Shown here: piece after piece, positions 37,528 to 47,850 of the stretch
Numbering within the stretch: the first letter of the stretch is position 1
Layout: each line of letters starts with the position of its first letter
Assembly: GCA_902528735.1 (NCBI GenBank)
Contig: CABZTP010000004.1
Span: 5,204-69,203, forward strand
Source of the DNA: an uncultured Pelagibacteraceae bacterium
Lineage (GTDB): Bacteria; Pseudomonadota; Alphaproteobacteria; Pelagibacterales; Pelagibacteraceae
Reading direction: 5' to 3'
DNA length: 64,000 nt
Translations under genes and position numbers: made by a program
Notes under the pieces: generated by a model
The model's database searches: none
What the model saw: the letters and a program-made list of their open reading frames with translations, nothing else
What the model was told of the DNA's origin: nothing

Positions 37528-38961
37528 TTAATTTTTCCATTCAGTAATAGTTTTTACTTCAAGATATTCATGTAATCCCCAGGTTCCACCTTCACGTCCA
37601 TTTCCAGATTGCCTATACCCACCAAAAGGAGTTCCGGAGTCAGCTGCTTTATGATTTACATACACAATTCCAGATCTTAATTTTTTTGAAACTCTTTTTG
37701 CCTTTTCTTTATCCTCTGTTTGTAAATAGTTTCCTAATCCATATTCTGTGTCATTTGTAATTTGAATAGCTTCCTCTTCATTTTCAAAAGGAATAATTGA
37801 CAATACTGGTCCAAATATTTCCTCTTTAGCAATTCTCATATTATTATTAACATCAGTGAATACTGTCGGTTTAATAAAATAACCTCTCTTTAAGTCTTCA
37901 GGTTTATTAGGACCACCTGCTACTAAAGTAGCACCTTCTTCAATTCCACTATTTATTAAACTCTGAATTTTATCAAATTGAGTTTTTGAAATTACAGGTC
38001 CTATATGATCACCAGCCTTTGAAGCAAGATCAACTTTAATTTTATTTGCTTCGTCTGCAGCTTCTTCAACAGCTCTTTTATAAATTGATTTTTCAACAAG
38101 CATTCTAGTTGGAGCATCACATGATTGACCTGAATTACTCATTACGTTTCTAATACCATCTCTAACTGCATCAGGATATGCATCAGCAAAAACAATATTG
38201 CCACCTTTACCACCAAGTTCAAGACAAACTCTTTTTATAGTTTCAGCAGCATTCTTTGTAATTAATTTTCCAGCTCTAGTAGATCCTGTAAATGAGACCA
38301 TATCAACATCAGGATGTCCTGACAGGTCAGTTCCAACACCAGGCCCATCACCATTCACTAGATTAAACACTCCGGCTGGAAATCCAGCCTCATCTATCAT
38401 CTCTGCAAATAGCATTCCTGACAATGGTGCAATTTCAGATGGCTTAAGTACCATTGTACATCCAGTAGCAAAAGCTGGAATTACTTTTAAAGCAATTTGA
38501 TTTATAGGCCAATTCCAAGGTGTAATTAATCCGCAAACTCCAATTGGTTCATATACAATATGATTAGTAGATCCCTTATCAAAACCTGGTTCGAATTCGA
38601 AATCATTTAACCTTTTTATAAAGTCTTCGATATGACCTGCACCAGAAGATGTTTGATTAGCTGAACACCAATCTTTGGGACAACCAAGCTCTGTAGTAAT
38701 AGCATCAGTCATATCATCCCATCTAGAATTATAAATTTTTAGTAATTTTTCTAATAAATTTAACCTCTCTTCTTTTGAAGTTCCTTTCCAAGACTCAAAT
38801 GAAGATTTTGCTGCTTTGACTGCTGCATTTGTATCATCAGAACTTCCAAGACTTATAATTGCACAAACTTCTTCTGTTGATGGATTAATAACTTCACATT
38901 CATTCTTGTTTACTGACTCAACCCATTTGCCATTGATATAAAATTTTTTTTTATCGAGCAT
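37528..38961 (-). CDS. NAD(P)-dependent aldehyde dehydrogenase
   Basis: ITPWNWP, FTGSTRAG, LELGGK, GQSC, EEIFGPV. Confidence 0.95.
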   Translation of the reverse strand: MLDKKKFYINGKWVESVNKNECEVINPSTEEVCAIISLGSSDDTNAAVKAAKSSFESWKGTSKEERLNLLEKLLKIYNSRWDDMTDAITTELGCPKDWCSANQTSSGAGHIEDFIKRLNDFEFEPGFDKGSTNHIVYEPIGVCGLITPWNWPINQIALKVIPAFATGCTMVLKPSEIAPLSGMLFAEMIDEAGFPAGVFNLVNGDGPGVGTDLSGHPDVDMVSFTGSTRAGKLITKNAAETIKRVCLELGGKGGNIVFADAYPDAVRDGIRNVMSNSGQSCDAPTRMLVEKSIYKRAVEEAADEANKIKVDLASKAGDHIGPVISKTQFDKIQSLINSGIEEGATLVAGGPNKPEDLKRGYFIKPTVFTDVNNNMRIAKEEIFGPVLSIIPFENEEEAIQITNDTEYGLGNYLQTEDKEKAKRVSKKLRSGIVYVNHKAADSGTPFGGYRQSGNGREGGTWGLHEYLEVKTITEWKN

Positions 38962-38986
38962 TTATATTTCAAAATTAATTTTTCTT

Positions 38987-39016
38987 ATTATACGTTTATT
39001 TGCTCTTACCATTCAA
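38987..39016 (-). promoter_or_regulatory. Sigma70-type promoter of the ALDH-VOC-HMT-msrA-hydrolase operon
   Basis: TTGAAT-18 bp-TATAAT on the minus strand, 25 nt before the ATG. Confidence 0.6.
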
Positions 39017-39077
39017 GAAATTAGATACAGTTTTTAAATTTTAATGATTAATCAATAAGTGATGGTATATTATATTT

Positions 39078-39818
39078 ATGAAATCACAAAAAATAGAACC
39101 AAAGTTTGAAAAAAATCAAAATCCACGTATTGGGCTCATCGCTTTAGCAACCGATCTAGTGATTGAAAAAGATTTTATAAGTGTAATTAAAGATAAAAAA
39201 ATAGATTTTTTTGTAAATAGAATAGAATGTTACAACCCCTTATCTAAAGAGAATTTAATCAAAATGTCGGAGAATATTACTCAAGTTACAAAAGATATCT
39301 TGCCTGAGCAAAAATTAGACTGTGTTGTATATGCTTGTACATCAGGAACTATTGCAGCAGGATATGATAATATTAAAAATAAAATACAAGCAGTAAAACC
39401 AGAGGCAAAACTTTCAACACCAAGTACAGCATCTCTGAAAGCATTGAAAAAATTAAATATAAAAAAACTTTCTATTTTCACACCTTATAGTAAAAAAGTT
39501 AATGATGATGTTGTTGATTACTTTAAATCATCTGGTTTTGAAATTACTTCAAATTCATACTTTGATATTCATTCTGATATGGAGATTGGTAAAGTAGATC
39601 AAAATTATCTGTTTGATGTTCTTATAAATTTAGATGTAAGTGAAGCAGATGCTTTATTTGTATCTTGTACCGCTTTACCAGTTCTACCACTGATACAAAA
39701 ATTAGAAGACAGACTAGGAATACCAGTTCTTTCAAGCAACCAAGCTTTAATCTGGGAGTCTTTAGAAAACATTGGTGAAAATAAATCTGTAAAAGGATTT
39801 GGAAGACTGTTTGATTAA
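39078..39818 (+). CDS. eutA: Asp/Glu racemase / maleate isomerase family (EutA-like)
   Basis: IGLIALATD, YACTSG, TPY, FVSCTAL, SSNQA; both catalytic Cys present. Confidence 0.78.
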   Translation: MKSQKIEPKFEKNQNPRIGLIALATDLVIEKDFISVIKDKKIDFFVNRIECYNPLSKENLIKMSENITQVTKDILPEQKLDCVVYACTSGTIAAGYDNIKNKIQAVKPEAKLSTPSTASLKALKKLNIKKLSIFTPYSKKVNDDVVDYFKSSGFEITSNSYFDIHSDMEIGKVDQNYLFDVLINLDVSEADALFVSCTALPVLPLIQKLEDRLGIPVLSSNQALIWESLENIGENKSVKGFGRLFD

Positions 39819-39821
39819 TTT

Positions 39822-40994
39822 ATGTCTTTTTCAAAAGAGGAATACAAACAAAGACTATTAAAAGTTCAATCTCTGATGAGAGAGAAAAAAATTGATTTAA
39901 TTATTTCTCATGACACAAATAACATGAATTATCTTACAGGCTATGACGCTTGGTCATTTTATTATGCTCAATGTGTATTAGTGCACGTTGATTCAAAAGA
40001 ACCAATTTGCTTTGTTAGAGACCAAGACGCAGGCGGGGCGCACATAAAGACCTATTTAAGTAAAGATAATATTATTGTTTATGATGAGAGTTATATTCAT
40101 ACTTGGCCAAAACATCCCTATGATTACTTGACTAAAGTAATTAAAGAAAAAAAATGGGATAAACTGTCCGTTGGAGTTGAAATGGATGCTCATTATTTTA
40201 CAGCTTTTTGTTATGAAAAGATTAAACAGGGATTACCTAATGCAAACATTATTGATTGTGATCGACTAGTTAATTGGGCTAGATTAATTAAATCTAATGC
40301 AGAGATAAATTATATGAAGTCTGCTGCTTTAATTTCCCAAAAAGGAATGCAAACTGCAATAGAAGTAATTGCACCTGGTACAAGACAATGCGATGCTGTC
40401 GGAGAAATTCAAAAATCTCTATTTTATGGTACTGAAGAATTTGGGGGTGAATATTCAAGTATTGCAACACTCCTTCCAACTGGCAAAGGTACATCTGCTT
40501 CACATTTAACAGCAACTCAAGATAAATTTGTTGAAGGTGAAGCAACTATAATTGAACTATCAGGTGTTTATAAAAGATATCACGCACCTATGGCTCGGAC
40601 AATTTTATTAGGTAAACCGGATCAAAAAAAAGTTGATACAATGAATAAAACTATTGAAGCTTTACAAGCAGGTATTGATGCTACTAAACCTGGAAATACA
40701 GCAAATGATGTTGCACAAGCTTTTTGGAAAATTTTAGATAAATATGGTATCGAAAAAAAATCAAGAACAGGTTACTCAATAGGAATTGGATATCCACCAG
40801 ATTGGGGAGAGCATACTTTAAATATTTATAAAGGAGATATGACTGTGCTTGAACCAAATGTTTGTTTTCACATGATTGCAGTAATGCAGTTTGATGATTG
40901 GGGAGTAGAAGCATCTGAAGCAATACGAGTTACTGATAAAGGTTGTGAATTATTCTGTAATTTTCCAAAAGAATTGCATATAAAGAACTATTAG
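39822..40994 (+). CDS. doeA: Ectoine hydrolase (DoeA/EutD)-like M24/creatinase-fold hydrolase
   Basis: NYLTGYDAWSFY, LVNWARLIKS, ASHLT, RYHAPMART, RTGYSIGIGYPPDWGE; prolidase metal ligands replaced as in EutD. Confidence 0.8.
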   Translation: MSFSKEEYKQRLLKVQSLMREKKIDLIISHDTNNMNYLTGYDAWSFYYAQCVLVHVDSKEPICFVRDQDAGGAHIKTYLSKDNIIVYDESYIHTWPKHPYDYLTKVIKEKKWDKLSVGVEMDAHYFTAFCYEKIKQGLPNANIIDCDRLVNWARLIKSNAEINYMKSAALISQKGMQTAIEVIAPGTRQCDAVGEIQKSLFYGTEEFGGEYSSIATLLPTGKGTSASHLTATQDKFVEGEATIIELSGVYKRYHAPMARTILLGKPDQKKVDTMNKTIEALQAGIDATKPGNTANDVAQAFWKILDKYGIEKKSRTGYSIGIGYPPDWGEHTLNIYKGDMTVLEPNVCFHMIAVMQFDDWGVEASEAIRVTDKGCELFCNFPKELHIKNY

Positions 40995-41034
40995 CTATTG
41001 AAAATAAACTTCTTAAATGTTTTAAACATTATTC

Positions 41035-42120
41035 ATGTCAAAAAATACAGAATTCGTCAAATTTGATAAAGTAGATAAAAGTTATGATGGCAAAGTCTTG
41101 GTTGTAAAAGATTTAAATCTTAATATTTCCGAGGGAGAATTTATTACAATGCTTGGACCATCTGGCTCAGGAAAAACAACTTGTCTAATGATGTTAGCTG
41201 GATTTGAAACACCAACCAATGGTGAAATTTATTTAGATTCTAGTCCTATTTCAAATATTCCTCCTCATAAGAGAGGAATAGGAATGGTTTTTCAAAATTA
41301 TGCTTTGTTTCCTCATATGACAGTATTTGAAAATTTAGCATTTCCTCTACGAGTAAGAAAAATTGAAAAAGATGAAATAGAAAAAAAAGTAGATAAAGCT
41401 TTATCAATGGTTTCATTATCAGGTTTCGAAAGTAGAATGCCCGCACAACTTTCTGGAGGACAACAACAAAGAGTTGCAGTAGCAAGAGCATTAGTTTTTG
41501 ATCCAGCAGTAGTATTAATGGATGAGCCACTTGGTGCATTAGATAAAAATTTGAGAGAAAGCATGCAATACGAAATTAAACACATTCACGAAAATATTGG
41601 AGTTACTGTCGTTTATGTTACTCATGATCAAGGGGAAGCCTTGACTATGTCAAATAGAATAGCTGTATTCAACGATGGAAAAGTTCAGCAACTTTCAAGT
41701 CCCGATAAACTCTATGAAGAACCAGTTAATTCATTTGTTGCAGAATTTATTGGAGAAAATAACACTTTTGGTGGTGAGGTCGTGGATATTTCTAAAGATG
41801 TCTGTAAAGTAAAATTAAACAAAGGTGAAATTTTAGCCAATCCTGTTTCAGTTGAATCTAAAGGAGATAAAACAACTGTTTCTATAAGACCTGAAAGAGC
41901 TTTAATAAATCCAAAAAATAAAATGGATAATAGTCAAATTGGTAAAATTGAGGAAGTAATTTACCATGGCGACCACACAAGAGTTCGCTTAGATTTGTTA
42001 GGAAATAAAGAATTTATTTTAAAAGTTCCAAACAGTTCAAATGAACTAGATTTAAAATTAGGTAATGAGATTAAGGTTGGTTGGAATAGCCAAGACGCGA
42101 GAGCTCTAGATCCTAAATAA
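41035..42120 (+). CDS. potA: PotA-family ABC ATPase
   Basis: GPSGSGKT, LSGGQQQR, DEPLGALD, TOBE tail. Confidence 0.95.
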   Translation: MSKNTEFVKFDKVDKSYDGKVLVVKDLNLNISEGEFITMLGPSGSGKTTCLMMLAGFETPTNGEIYLDSSPISNIPPHKRGIGMVFQNYALFPHMTVFENLAFPLRVRKIEKDEIEKKVDKALSMVSLSGFESRMPAQLSGGQQQRVAVARALVFDPAVVLMDEPLGALDKNLRESMQYEIKHIHENIGVTVVYVTHDQGEALTMSNRIAVFNDGKVQQLSSPDKLYEEPVNSFVAEFIGENNTFGGEVVDISKDVCKVKLNKGEILANPVSVESKGDKTTVSIRPERALINPKNKMDNSQIGKIEEVIYHGDHTRVRLDLLGNKEFILKVPNSSNELDLKLGNEIKVGWNSQDARALDPK

Positions 42121-42233
42121 TTTAACAAATATATAGTATTCCATCAGCAAAATGGCCTGTTGACTCTGAATATCGTTTTTGTTGTACTTAATATATATAA
42201 ATTAATTTATAATAACGTTTAAACGGAGGATAA

Positions 42234-43349
42234 ATGAAAAAAATAAGTAAATTATTACTTGCTCTTTCTTTTGCTCTTTCAGTAACTACATCTGCATTTG
42301 CGGTAACAGTCGCATCTTGGGGTGGAGCTTACACAGAGTCACAAAAGCTAGGGTACGGTGATCCAACTGCTTCTAAACTTGGTGTAGATATCAACTGGGT
42401 TGACTATTCAGGAGGATTATCTGAGATTAAAGCTCAAAAAGAAGCAGGTGCTATTACTTGGGATATTATCGATGTATTTGCATTTGATACTATTAACGGG
42501 TGTGACGAAGGAATTTTTGTTGAATTCGATTTTGACAAAGACTTCCCAGCAGCTCCAGATGGAACTCCTGCAAGTGAAGACTTCTTTGCTCCTATGCCAA
42601 GCGCATGTGCAGTAGGAAATATTCTATATTCATGGAACTATGCTTACAACGTAAACAATGTTGACGGCACACCATCGACTATAAAAGATTTCTTCAACAC
42701 TAAAAAATTTCCAGGAAAAAGAGCTATTTACAAATCAGCTCTAACAAACCTAGAAATCGCATTAGCTGGTGATGGAGTTTACATGGGTAAAGGTGGATCT
42801 GAAATCTACAAATTACTAGAAACAGAAGCTGGAGTTAACAGAGCAATGGCAAAAATCAAAGATCTTTGCACAGATCCAAATGGTGGATGTGTATTCTGGT
42901 CCGCAGGTGCTCAACCGCCAGAATTACTAGTATCTGGTGAAGTTGTTATGGCAACTGGTTGGAATGGAAGATTTTTCAATGCAGAAATTGGTGAAGGTGC
43001 TCCAATTAAACAAGTATGGGATGGACAAGGTCTTGACTATGAATATTTCGCACTTGTTAAAGGTGGACCAGATGAAGCAAATGCTAAAAAAGCTCTGGCA
43101 ATGATGACTAACACTGAAATGTTAGCAGGAAGTGCTAAATACATTGCATATGCTCCATACAGATTATCGTCTTTAGAAATTATCAAAGCAAATGAGCCTT
43201 GGTACAAAGATGGTAAAACTGAAATGATGCCACAAATGCCAACTGCTCCTTCAAATACTAAAAAATACTTTTTAGTTGATCCATTTTTCTGGGCTGATAA
43301 CGGAACAGAACTTGGTGAGAAGTGGGAAGCTATGAAAGCTGGTCTATAA
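42234..43349 (+). CDS. potD: PotD-family substrate-binding protein (possibly osmolyte-binding)
   Basis: SWGGAY, KFPGKR, GWNGR; SD GGAGGA. Confidence 0.9.
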   Translation: MKKISKLLLALSFALSVTTSAFAVTVASWGGAYTESQKLGYGDPTASKLGVDINWVDYSGGLSEIKAQKEAGAITWDIIDVFAFDTINGCDEGIFVEFDFDKDFPAAPDGTPASEDFFAPMPSACAVGNILYSWNYAYNVNNVDGTPSTIKDFFNTKKFPGKRAIYKSALTNLEIALAGDGVYMGKGGSEIYKLLETEAGVNRAMAKIKDLCTDPNGGCVFWSAGAQPPELLVSGEVVMATGWNGRFFNAEIGEGAPIKQVWDGQGLDYEYFALVKGGPDEANAKKALAMMTNTEMLAGSAKYIAYAPYRLSSLEIIKANEPWYKDGKTEMMPQMPTAPSNTKKYFLVDPFFWADNGTELGEKWEAMKAGL

Positions 43350-43385
43350 AAAAACTATAAAAGACTAGTATAATATAATATATAT

Positions 43386-43416
43386 AGGGCGACTTTAATA
43401 GTCGCCCTTTTTATTT
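43386..43416 (+). terminator. Intra-operon hairpin/terminator after potD
   Basis: AGGGCGACT-TTAAT-AGTCGCCCT followed by a T tract. Confidence 0.85.
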
Positions 43417-44679
43417 ATGAGCAGCGAAACAAAACAAATATTAACAACTGACGGTATTCCACTAGAAATCAGCTTAAAAAAAGCTGAAAGAAAAAATAAA
43501 ATTAAAGCCTTTTTACTTGTTGCGCCATTATTATTATTTTTAATAATCACTTACGTTTTTCCAATCGGTGAAATGTTTACTCGAAGCATAGATGACAAAA
43601 TGATAACAAATATGCTCCCCAAAACTTTTAAATCAATGGAGCAATGGGATGGTAAAGAACTTCCTTCAGAGGAAGTGTTTGCTTCATTTTTATCTGACTT
43701 TAAAATTCTTGTTGAAAAAAAAGAACATGGAAAATTGGCTCAAAGACTTAATAAAGAAAAAAATGGTTTTACTTCGGTTGTTAAAAAATTATTCAGACAG
43801 GTCAAAAGAAATAAAATTGACGAAACTCAAAATATTAAAGAACAAATAATGAAAGTTCATAAGAGATGGAGAGATGTAGAATATTGGCAAGCAATTAAAA
43901 GAACTGCTCCTCCTTACACATCTGCAAAATATTTAAAAGCTATGGATATGTATCTAAATGAGGATAATAAAATTGTACAAGTTAGCGAAGACAGAAGAAT
44001 ACATAGAATTTTATGGTTAAGAACTTTAGAGGTTGCTTTTTTTGTTACGATATTCTGTTTTTTAATGGGTTATCCAATAGCTCATTTGTTAGCAACACTT
44101 CCAATGAAATACAGTAATTTACTAATGATATGTGTTCTTCTTCCATTTTGGACTTCATTATTAGTCAGAACTGCAAGCTGGATGATATTACTTCAACAAC
44201 AAGGTGTGGTTAATGATTTCTTTGTAATTATAGGACTTGTAGCAGACGATAACAGACCGGAGATGATGTACAATAAAGTTGGAACTTATGTTGCAATGAC
44301 ACAAATTTTATTGCCATTTATGGTTTTACCTCTTTATAGTGTGATGAAAACCATCTCGCCAAGTTTAATGAGAGCTGGAAAATCATTAGGTGGAACACCT
44401 TTTGTAGCGTTTTGGAAAGTTTACTTCCCATTAACAATACCTGGAATAGGTGCAGGGTGCCTTTTAGTTTTTATTCTTGCAATTGGTTACTACATTACTC
44501 CAGCTTTAGTAGGGGGTGCTTCAGGAACATTAATTAGTAACCAAATTGCCTATCATATGAAGTCAACTTTAGATTGGAGTTTTGCTTCAGCGATGGGACT
44601 AATGTTGTTAGGTGGAGTTTTAGTTATCTATTGGCTTTATAATAAATTAGTTGGAGTTGATAATATTAAATTAGGTTAG
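43417..44679 (+). CDS. potB: PotB-family permease
   Basis: LLPFWTSLLVR, LPFMVLPLY, GYYITPALVGG. Confidence 0.92.
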   Translation: MSSETKQILTTDGIPLEISLKKAERKNKIKAFLLVAPLLLFLIITYVFPIGEMFTRSIDDKMITNMLPKTFKSMEQWDGKELPSEEVFASFLSDFKILVEKKEHGKLAQRLNKEKNGFTSVVKKLFRQVKRNKIDETQNIKEQIMKVHKRWRDVEYWQAIKRTAPPYTSAKYLKAMDMYLNEDNKIVQVSEDRRIHRILWLRTLEVAFFVTIFCFLMGYPIAHLLATLPMKYSNLLMICVLLPFWTSLLVRTASWMILLQQQGVVNDFFVIIGLVADDNRPEMMYNKVGTYVAMTQILLPFMVLPLYSVMKTISPSLMRAGKSLGGTPFVAFWKVYFPLTIPGIGAGCLLVFILAIGYYITPALVGGASGTLISNQIAYHMKSTLDWSFASAMGLMLLGGVLVIYWLYNKLVGVDNIKLG

Positions 44680-44680
44680 T

Positions 44681-45535
44681 ATGGCGTTACCAAAGTATAC
44701 AGAAACTAGATATAGAATTTGGCATTATTTTTATATTGCCATATGCACCTTCGTATTTTTTTTTCTTATAGCACCATTGTTTGTTATTTTCCCACTTTCT
44801 TTTAATGCTGAAGAATTTCTTGTTTTTTCAGAAGGAATGAAGAATTTAGACCCAGATGCTTTTTCTCTAAGATGGTACAAGGATATGGTCTATGGAACTA
44901 AAAATCCATGGGGCCTTGCTGCTAAAAATAGTTTTATTATAGCTATATTTGCAACTTTGGGGTCAGTAATTTTAGGGACCGTAGCTGCATTAGGATTGAG
45001 TAGCAGACATATGCCTTTTAAAGGTATAATAATGGCAACCTTGATTTCACCAATGATTGTTCCACTTATCATATCTGGTGTTGCAATATTTTTCTTTATG
45101 GCAAAGGCTGGTTTAGCAGCAACACATACAGGAATAGTTCTAGCTCATATAATTCTAGGAACACCTTTCGTTGTAATTACTGTTACCGCAACTTTATCAG
45201 GCTTTGATCATAGCGTTACAAGAGCAGCAGCTAGTTTAGGTAGTAATCCAGTAAATACATTTATGAAAGTTACCCTTCCTTTAATTTTACCAGGAGTAAT
45301 ATCTGGTGGTTTATTTGCTTTTGTAACCTCCTTTGATGAAGTTGTAGTAGTTTTATTTTTAGCAGGACTTGAAAACACGACTATTCCAGTTCAAATGTGG
45401 ACAGGATTGAGAGAACAATTAAGCCCAACAATTCTTGCTGTTGCTACATGTCTAATTGTTTTATCAACATTAATACTCATAAGTGCTGAATTATTGAGAA
45501 GAAGATCTGAACGTTTAAGAGGAATTAATAGATAA
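44681..45535 (+). CDS. potC: PotC-family permease
   Basis: FSLRWY, SPMIVP, AAASLG, FVTSFDEV. Confidence 0.92.
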   Translation: MALPKYTETRYRIWHYFYIAICTFVFFFLIAPLFVIFPLSFNAEEFLVFSEGMKNLDPDAFSLRWYKDMVYGTKNPWGLAAKNSFIIAIFATLGSVILGTVAALGLSSRHMPFKGIIMATLISPMIVPLIISGVAIFFFMAKAGLAATHTGIVLAHIILGTPFVVITVTATLSGFDHSVTRAAASLGSNPVNTFMKVTLPLILPGVISGGLFAFVTSFDEVVVVLFLAGLENTTIPVQMWTGLREQLSPTILAVATCLIVLSTLILISAELLRRRSERLRGINR

Positions 45536-46660
45536 TTAATTAACCGATTCTATTATAGTTGCTATACCCATTCCTAAGCCTATACATTGTGTAGACAGAG
45601 CATATTTTTTATCTTCACGTCTAAGTAAATCGGCTGCTTTCCCGGTAATTCTTGCCCCTGTAGCACCGAGTGGATGACCTAATGCTAATGCACCACCATC
45701 TAAGTTTATTTTATTTTGGTCAATCCCAAGATCTTTGACGCATGCAATTGACTGAGATGCGAACGCCTCGTTAATTTCAACTATATCAATATCATTAATT
45801 GATAAATTTGCTCTTTCTAATGCTTTTTTTGTTGCCCCAATTGGTCCAAGCCCCATTACATCCGGCTCACATCCTTTAACTCCGGTTGCAACAATTCTAC
45901 CTAAAATATCTAAATTATTTTCTTTAGCAAAATTTTCTTCACATATTAGCGTTGCAGCTGCTCCATCTGTAAGTGGTGATGATGTTGCTGCTGTGACAGT
46001 TCCTTCTTGATCAAACGCAAGTTTTAATCCATCTAAAGTTTCTTGACTACTTTTAGGACGAATATTTCCATCTTCAGCACATCCAGAAATTGCAACAATT
46101 TCATTTTTAAATTTGCCATTAAGTTGAGCATTATTTGCTTTCTGATGGCTTTGAATTGCAAACTCTTGCTGTTCTGTTCTAGAAATATTATATCTTTTGG
46201 CAACATTTTCTGCAGTGATTCCCATTGAAAAATAAACATTTGGATTTTCTTTTTCTGTGTACGGATAGGGTATAGGCTCAAAACCAGTTGTCACTCTTGT
46301 CATACTTTCAACACCTCCACAAACAAATGCTTTTCCTGCTCCCATAGCTATTTTTCCTACAGCCACATGTATAGCCTCCATTGATGAACCACACCATCTA
46401 TCAACAGTCATACCTGAAGTATGTATCTCCATACCAGATAAAAAAGTTGTAAGTTTACCAATATTAAAACTTTGCTCTCCAACTTGAAAAGCACATCCAA
46501 CAACAATATCTTCAATATCAGCTGGATTAATTTTTGATTTTGAAACTAAGCTCTTCACAACCTCAGCAAACATATTTACTGGCTTGACATCAATTAGTGC
46601 TCCTTTTCTTGCCATTGTAAAAGGAGATCTTGAATATCCTGCAATAACCGCTTTATTCAT
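45536..46660 (-). CDS. Acetyl-CoA C-acyltransferase (thiolase)
   Basis: RWCGSS, EINEAFA, GHPLGATG, CIGLGMG. Confidence 0.95.
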   Translation of the reverse strand: MNKAVIAGYSRSPFTMARKGALIDVKPVNMFAEVVKSLVSKSKINPADIEDIVVGCAFQVGEQSFNIGKLTTFLSGMEIHTSGMTVDRWCGSSMEAIHVAVGKIAMGAGKAFVCGGVESMTRVTTGFEPIPYPYTEKENPNVYFSMGITAENVAKRYNISRTEQQEFAIQSHQKANNAQLNGKFKNEIVAISGCAEDGNIRPKSSQETLDGLKLAFDQEGTVTAATSSPLTDGAAATLICEENFAKENNLDILGRIVATGVKGCEPDVMGLGPIGATKKALERANLSINDIDIVEINEAFASQSIACVKDLGIDQNKINLDGGALALGHPLGATGARITGKAADLLRREDKKYALSTQCIGLGMGIATIIESVN

Positions 46661-46683
46661 AAATATTTTATACCTATTAATTA

Positions 46684-47847
46684 TTATTTTTTAAATGGTA
46701 AAGAAGACACAATACCTTCTCTAAGCTTGCTGTCTGGAGTGTGAACTATAACTTCAGTGCCTGTTTCACAAAACTCATTTAAAATCATAGATAATCCAAT
46801 ATTTTTTTTGAATTTTGGTGAATAGATACCTGAGGTAACTTTACCAATTATTTTTTTATTTTTTGAATAAACTGGAAAAGGTATCGAGCATGGTGGACAA
46901 TTATTTCCCTCAAACATAATACCTTTTAATCTTTGTTGAATGCCGTTTGTTTTTATATTTTTTAATGCCTTCTTACCAATATAATCGTGTTCCGACTCGT
47001 TTTTACAATATTTTTCCAAGTTACATTCAAGTGGATTATTGTCTTTAGTAAAATCATTTCCATAAGATAAGAGACCCGCTTCAATTCTATCAATTAAATT
47101 AGGACATCCTGGTGCAATATTAAATTCCTTACCAGCTTTCCATATTATATCCCAGATTTTTTCTCCCATTTCATTTTTATCAAAATATTCCTCAAAGCAT
47201 TTAAAATAAATTTCAAAACCATCTTGATTACTATAACCTGATCTTGCGATTATCTGTTTAGTTCCCAAAAAATCAAATACTTTAAAATTAAAAAATTTCA
47301 ATTTCCTGATATCTTCGCCAAATATTGAAGCCATTAAATCTTCAGCCTTAGGCCCTTGAACAGCAAGTGGATATACATCTGGTTCTTTTATATTAACATT
47401 TAAGTTTAAACCTACTGCAATACCTTTTGCCCACAAAAGTATGTCCGAGTCTGCAATTGAAATCCAAAACATATCATCATCTAACTTTAATAAAACTGGG
47501 TCATTAATCATTCCAGCATTTTCATCAATCATTGGTATATAAAAGCATTTACCTGTCTCCATATTTTTTAATGATCTTGGCGTCATTTTTTGAACTAATA
47601 AACTAGCATCAGGTCCCGAAATTTGAACTTGTCTTTGACATGAAACATCCCACAATTGAACGTATTCATTTAAATGCCAATAATCATCTTCAACAGATTT
47701 TTGAAATCCCTTGGGCAAAAGCATATGATTCACAACTGTAAAATCAGTAACACCACACTCTTCTACTCTTTTTGTATAAGGGGTTCTTCTAATTCTTCTA
47801 GACATATTTAGTTTAGTCTTAATTTTACTATGAACTAAAGAAGCCAT
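46684..47847 (-). CDS. dmdA: DMSP demethylase (DmdA)-type THF methyltransferase
   Basis: SRRIRRTPY, NHMLLP, WDVSCQRQV, NDPV, WISIADSD, PGCPNLIDRIEAGLLSYGND are DmdA signatures; some substitutions (see findings). Confidence 0.8.
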   Translation of the reverse strand: MASLVHSKIKTKLNMSRRIRRTPYTKRVEECGVTDFTVVNHMLLPKGFQKSVEDDYWHLNEYVQLWDVSCQRQVQISGPDASLLVQKMTPRSLKNMETGKCFYIPMIDENAGMINDPVLLKLDDDMFWISIADSDILLWAKGIAVGLNLNVNIKEPDVYPLAVQGPKAEDLMASIFGEDIRKLKFFNFKVFDFLGTKQIIARSGYSNQDGFEIYFKCFEEYFDKNEMGEKIWDIIWKAGKEFNIAPGCPNLIDRIEAGLLSYGNDFTKDNNPLECNLEKYCKNESEHDYIGKKALKNIKTNGIQQRLKGIMFEGNNCPPCSIPFPVYSKNKKIIGKVTSGIYSPKFKKNIGLSMILNEFCETGTEVIVHTPDSKLREGIVSSLPFKK

Positions 47848-47850
47848 AAT

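Noticed and set aside
42196-42211. 16-bp palindrome TATAAATTAATTTATA upstream of potD
   Set aside because: It is AT-only in an AT-rich spacer, so not distinguishable from chance by eye.
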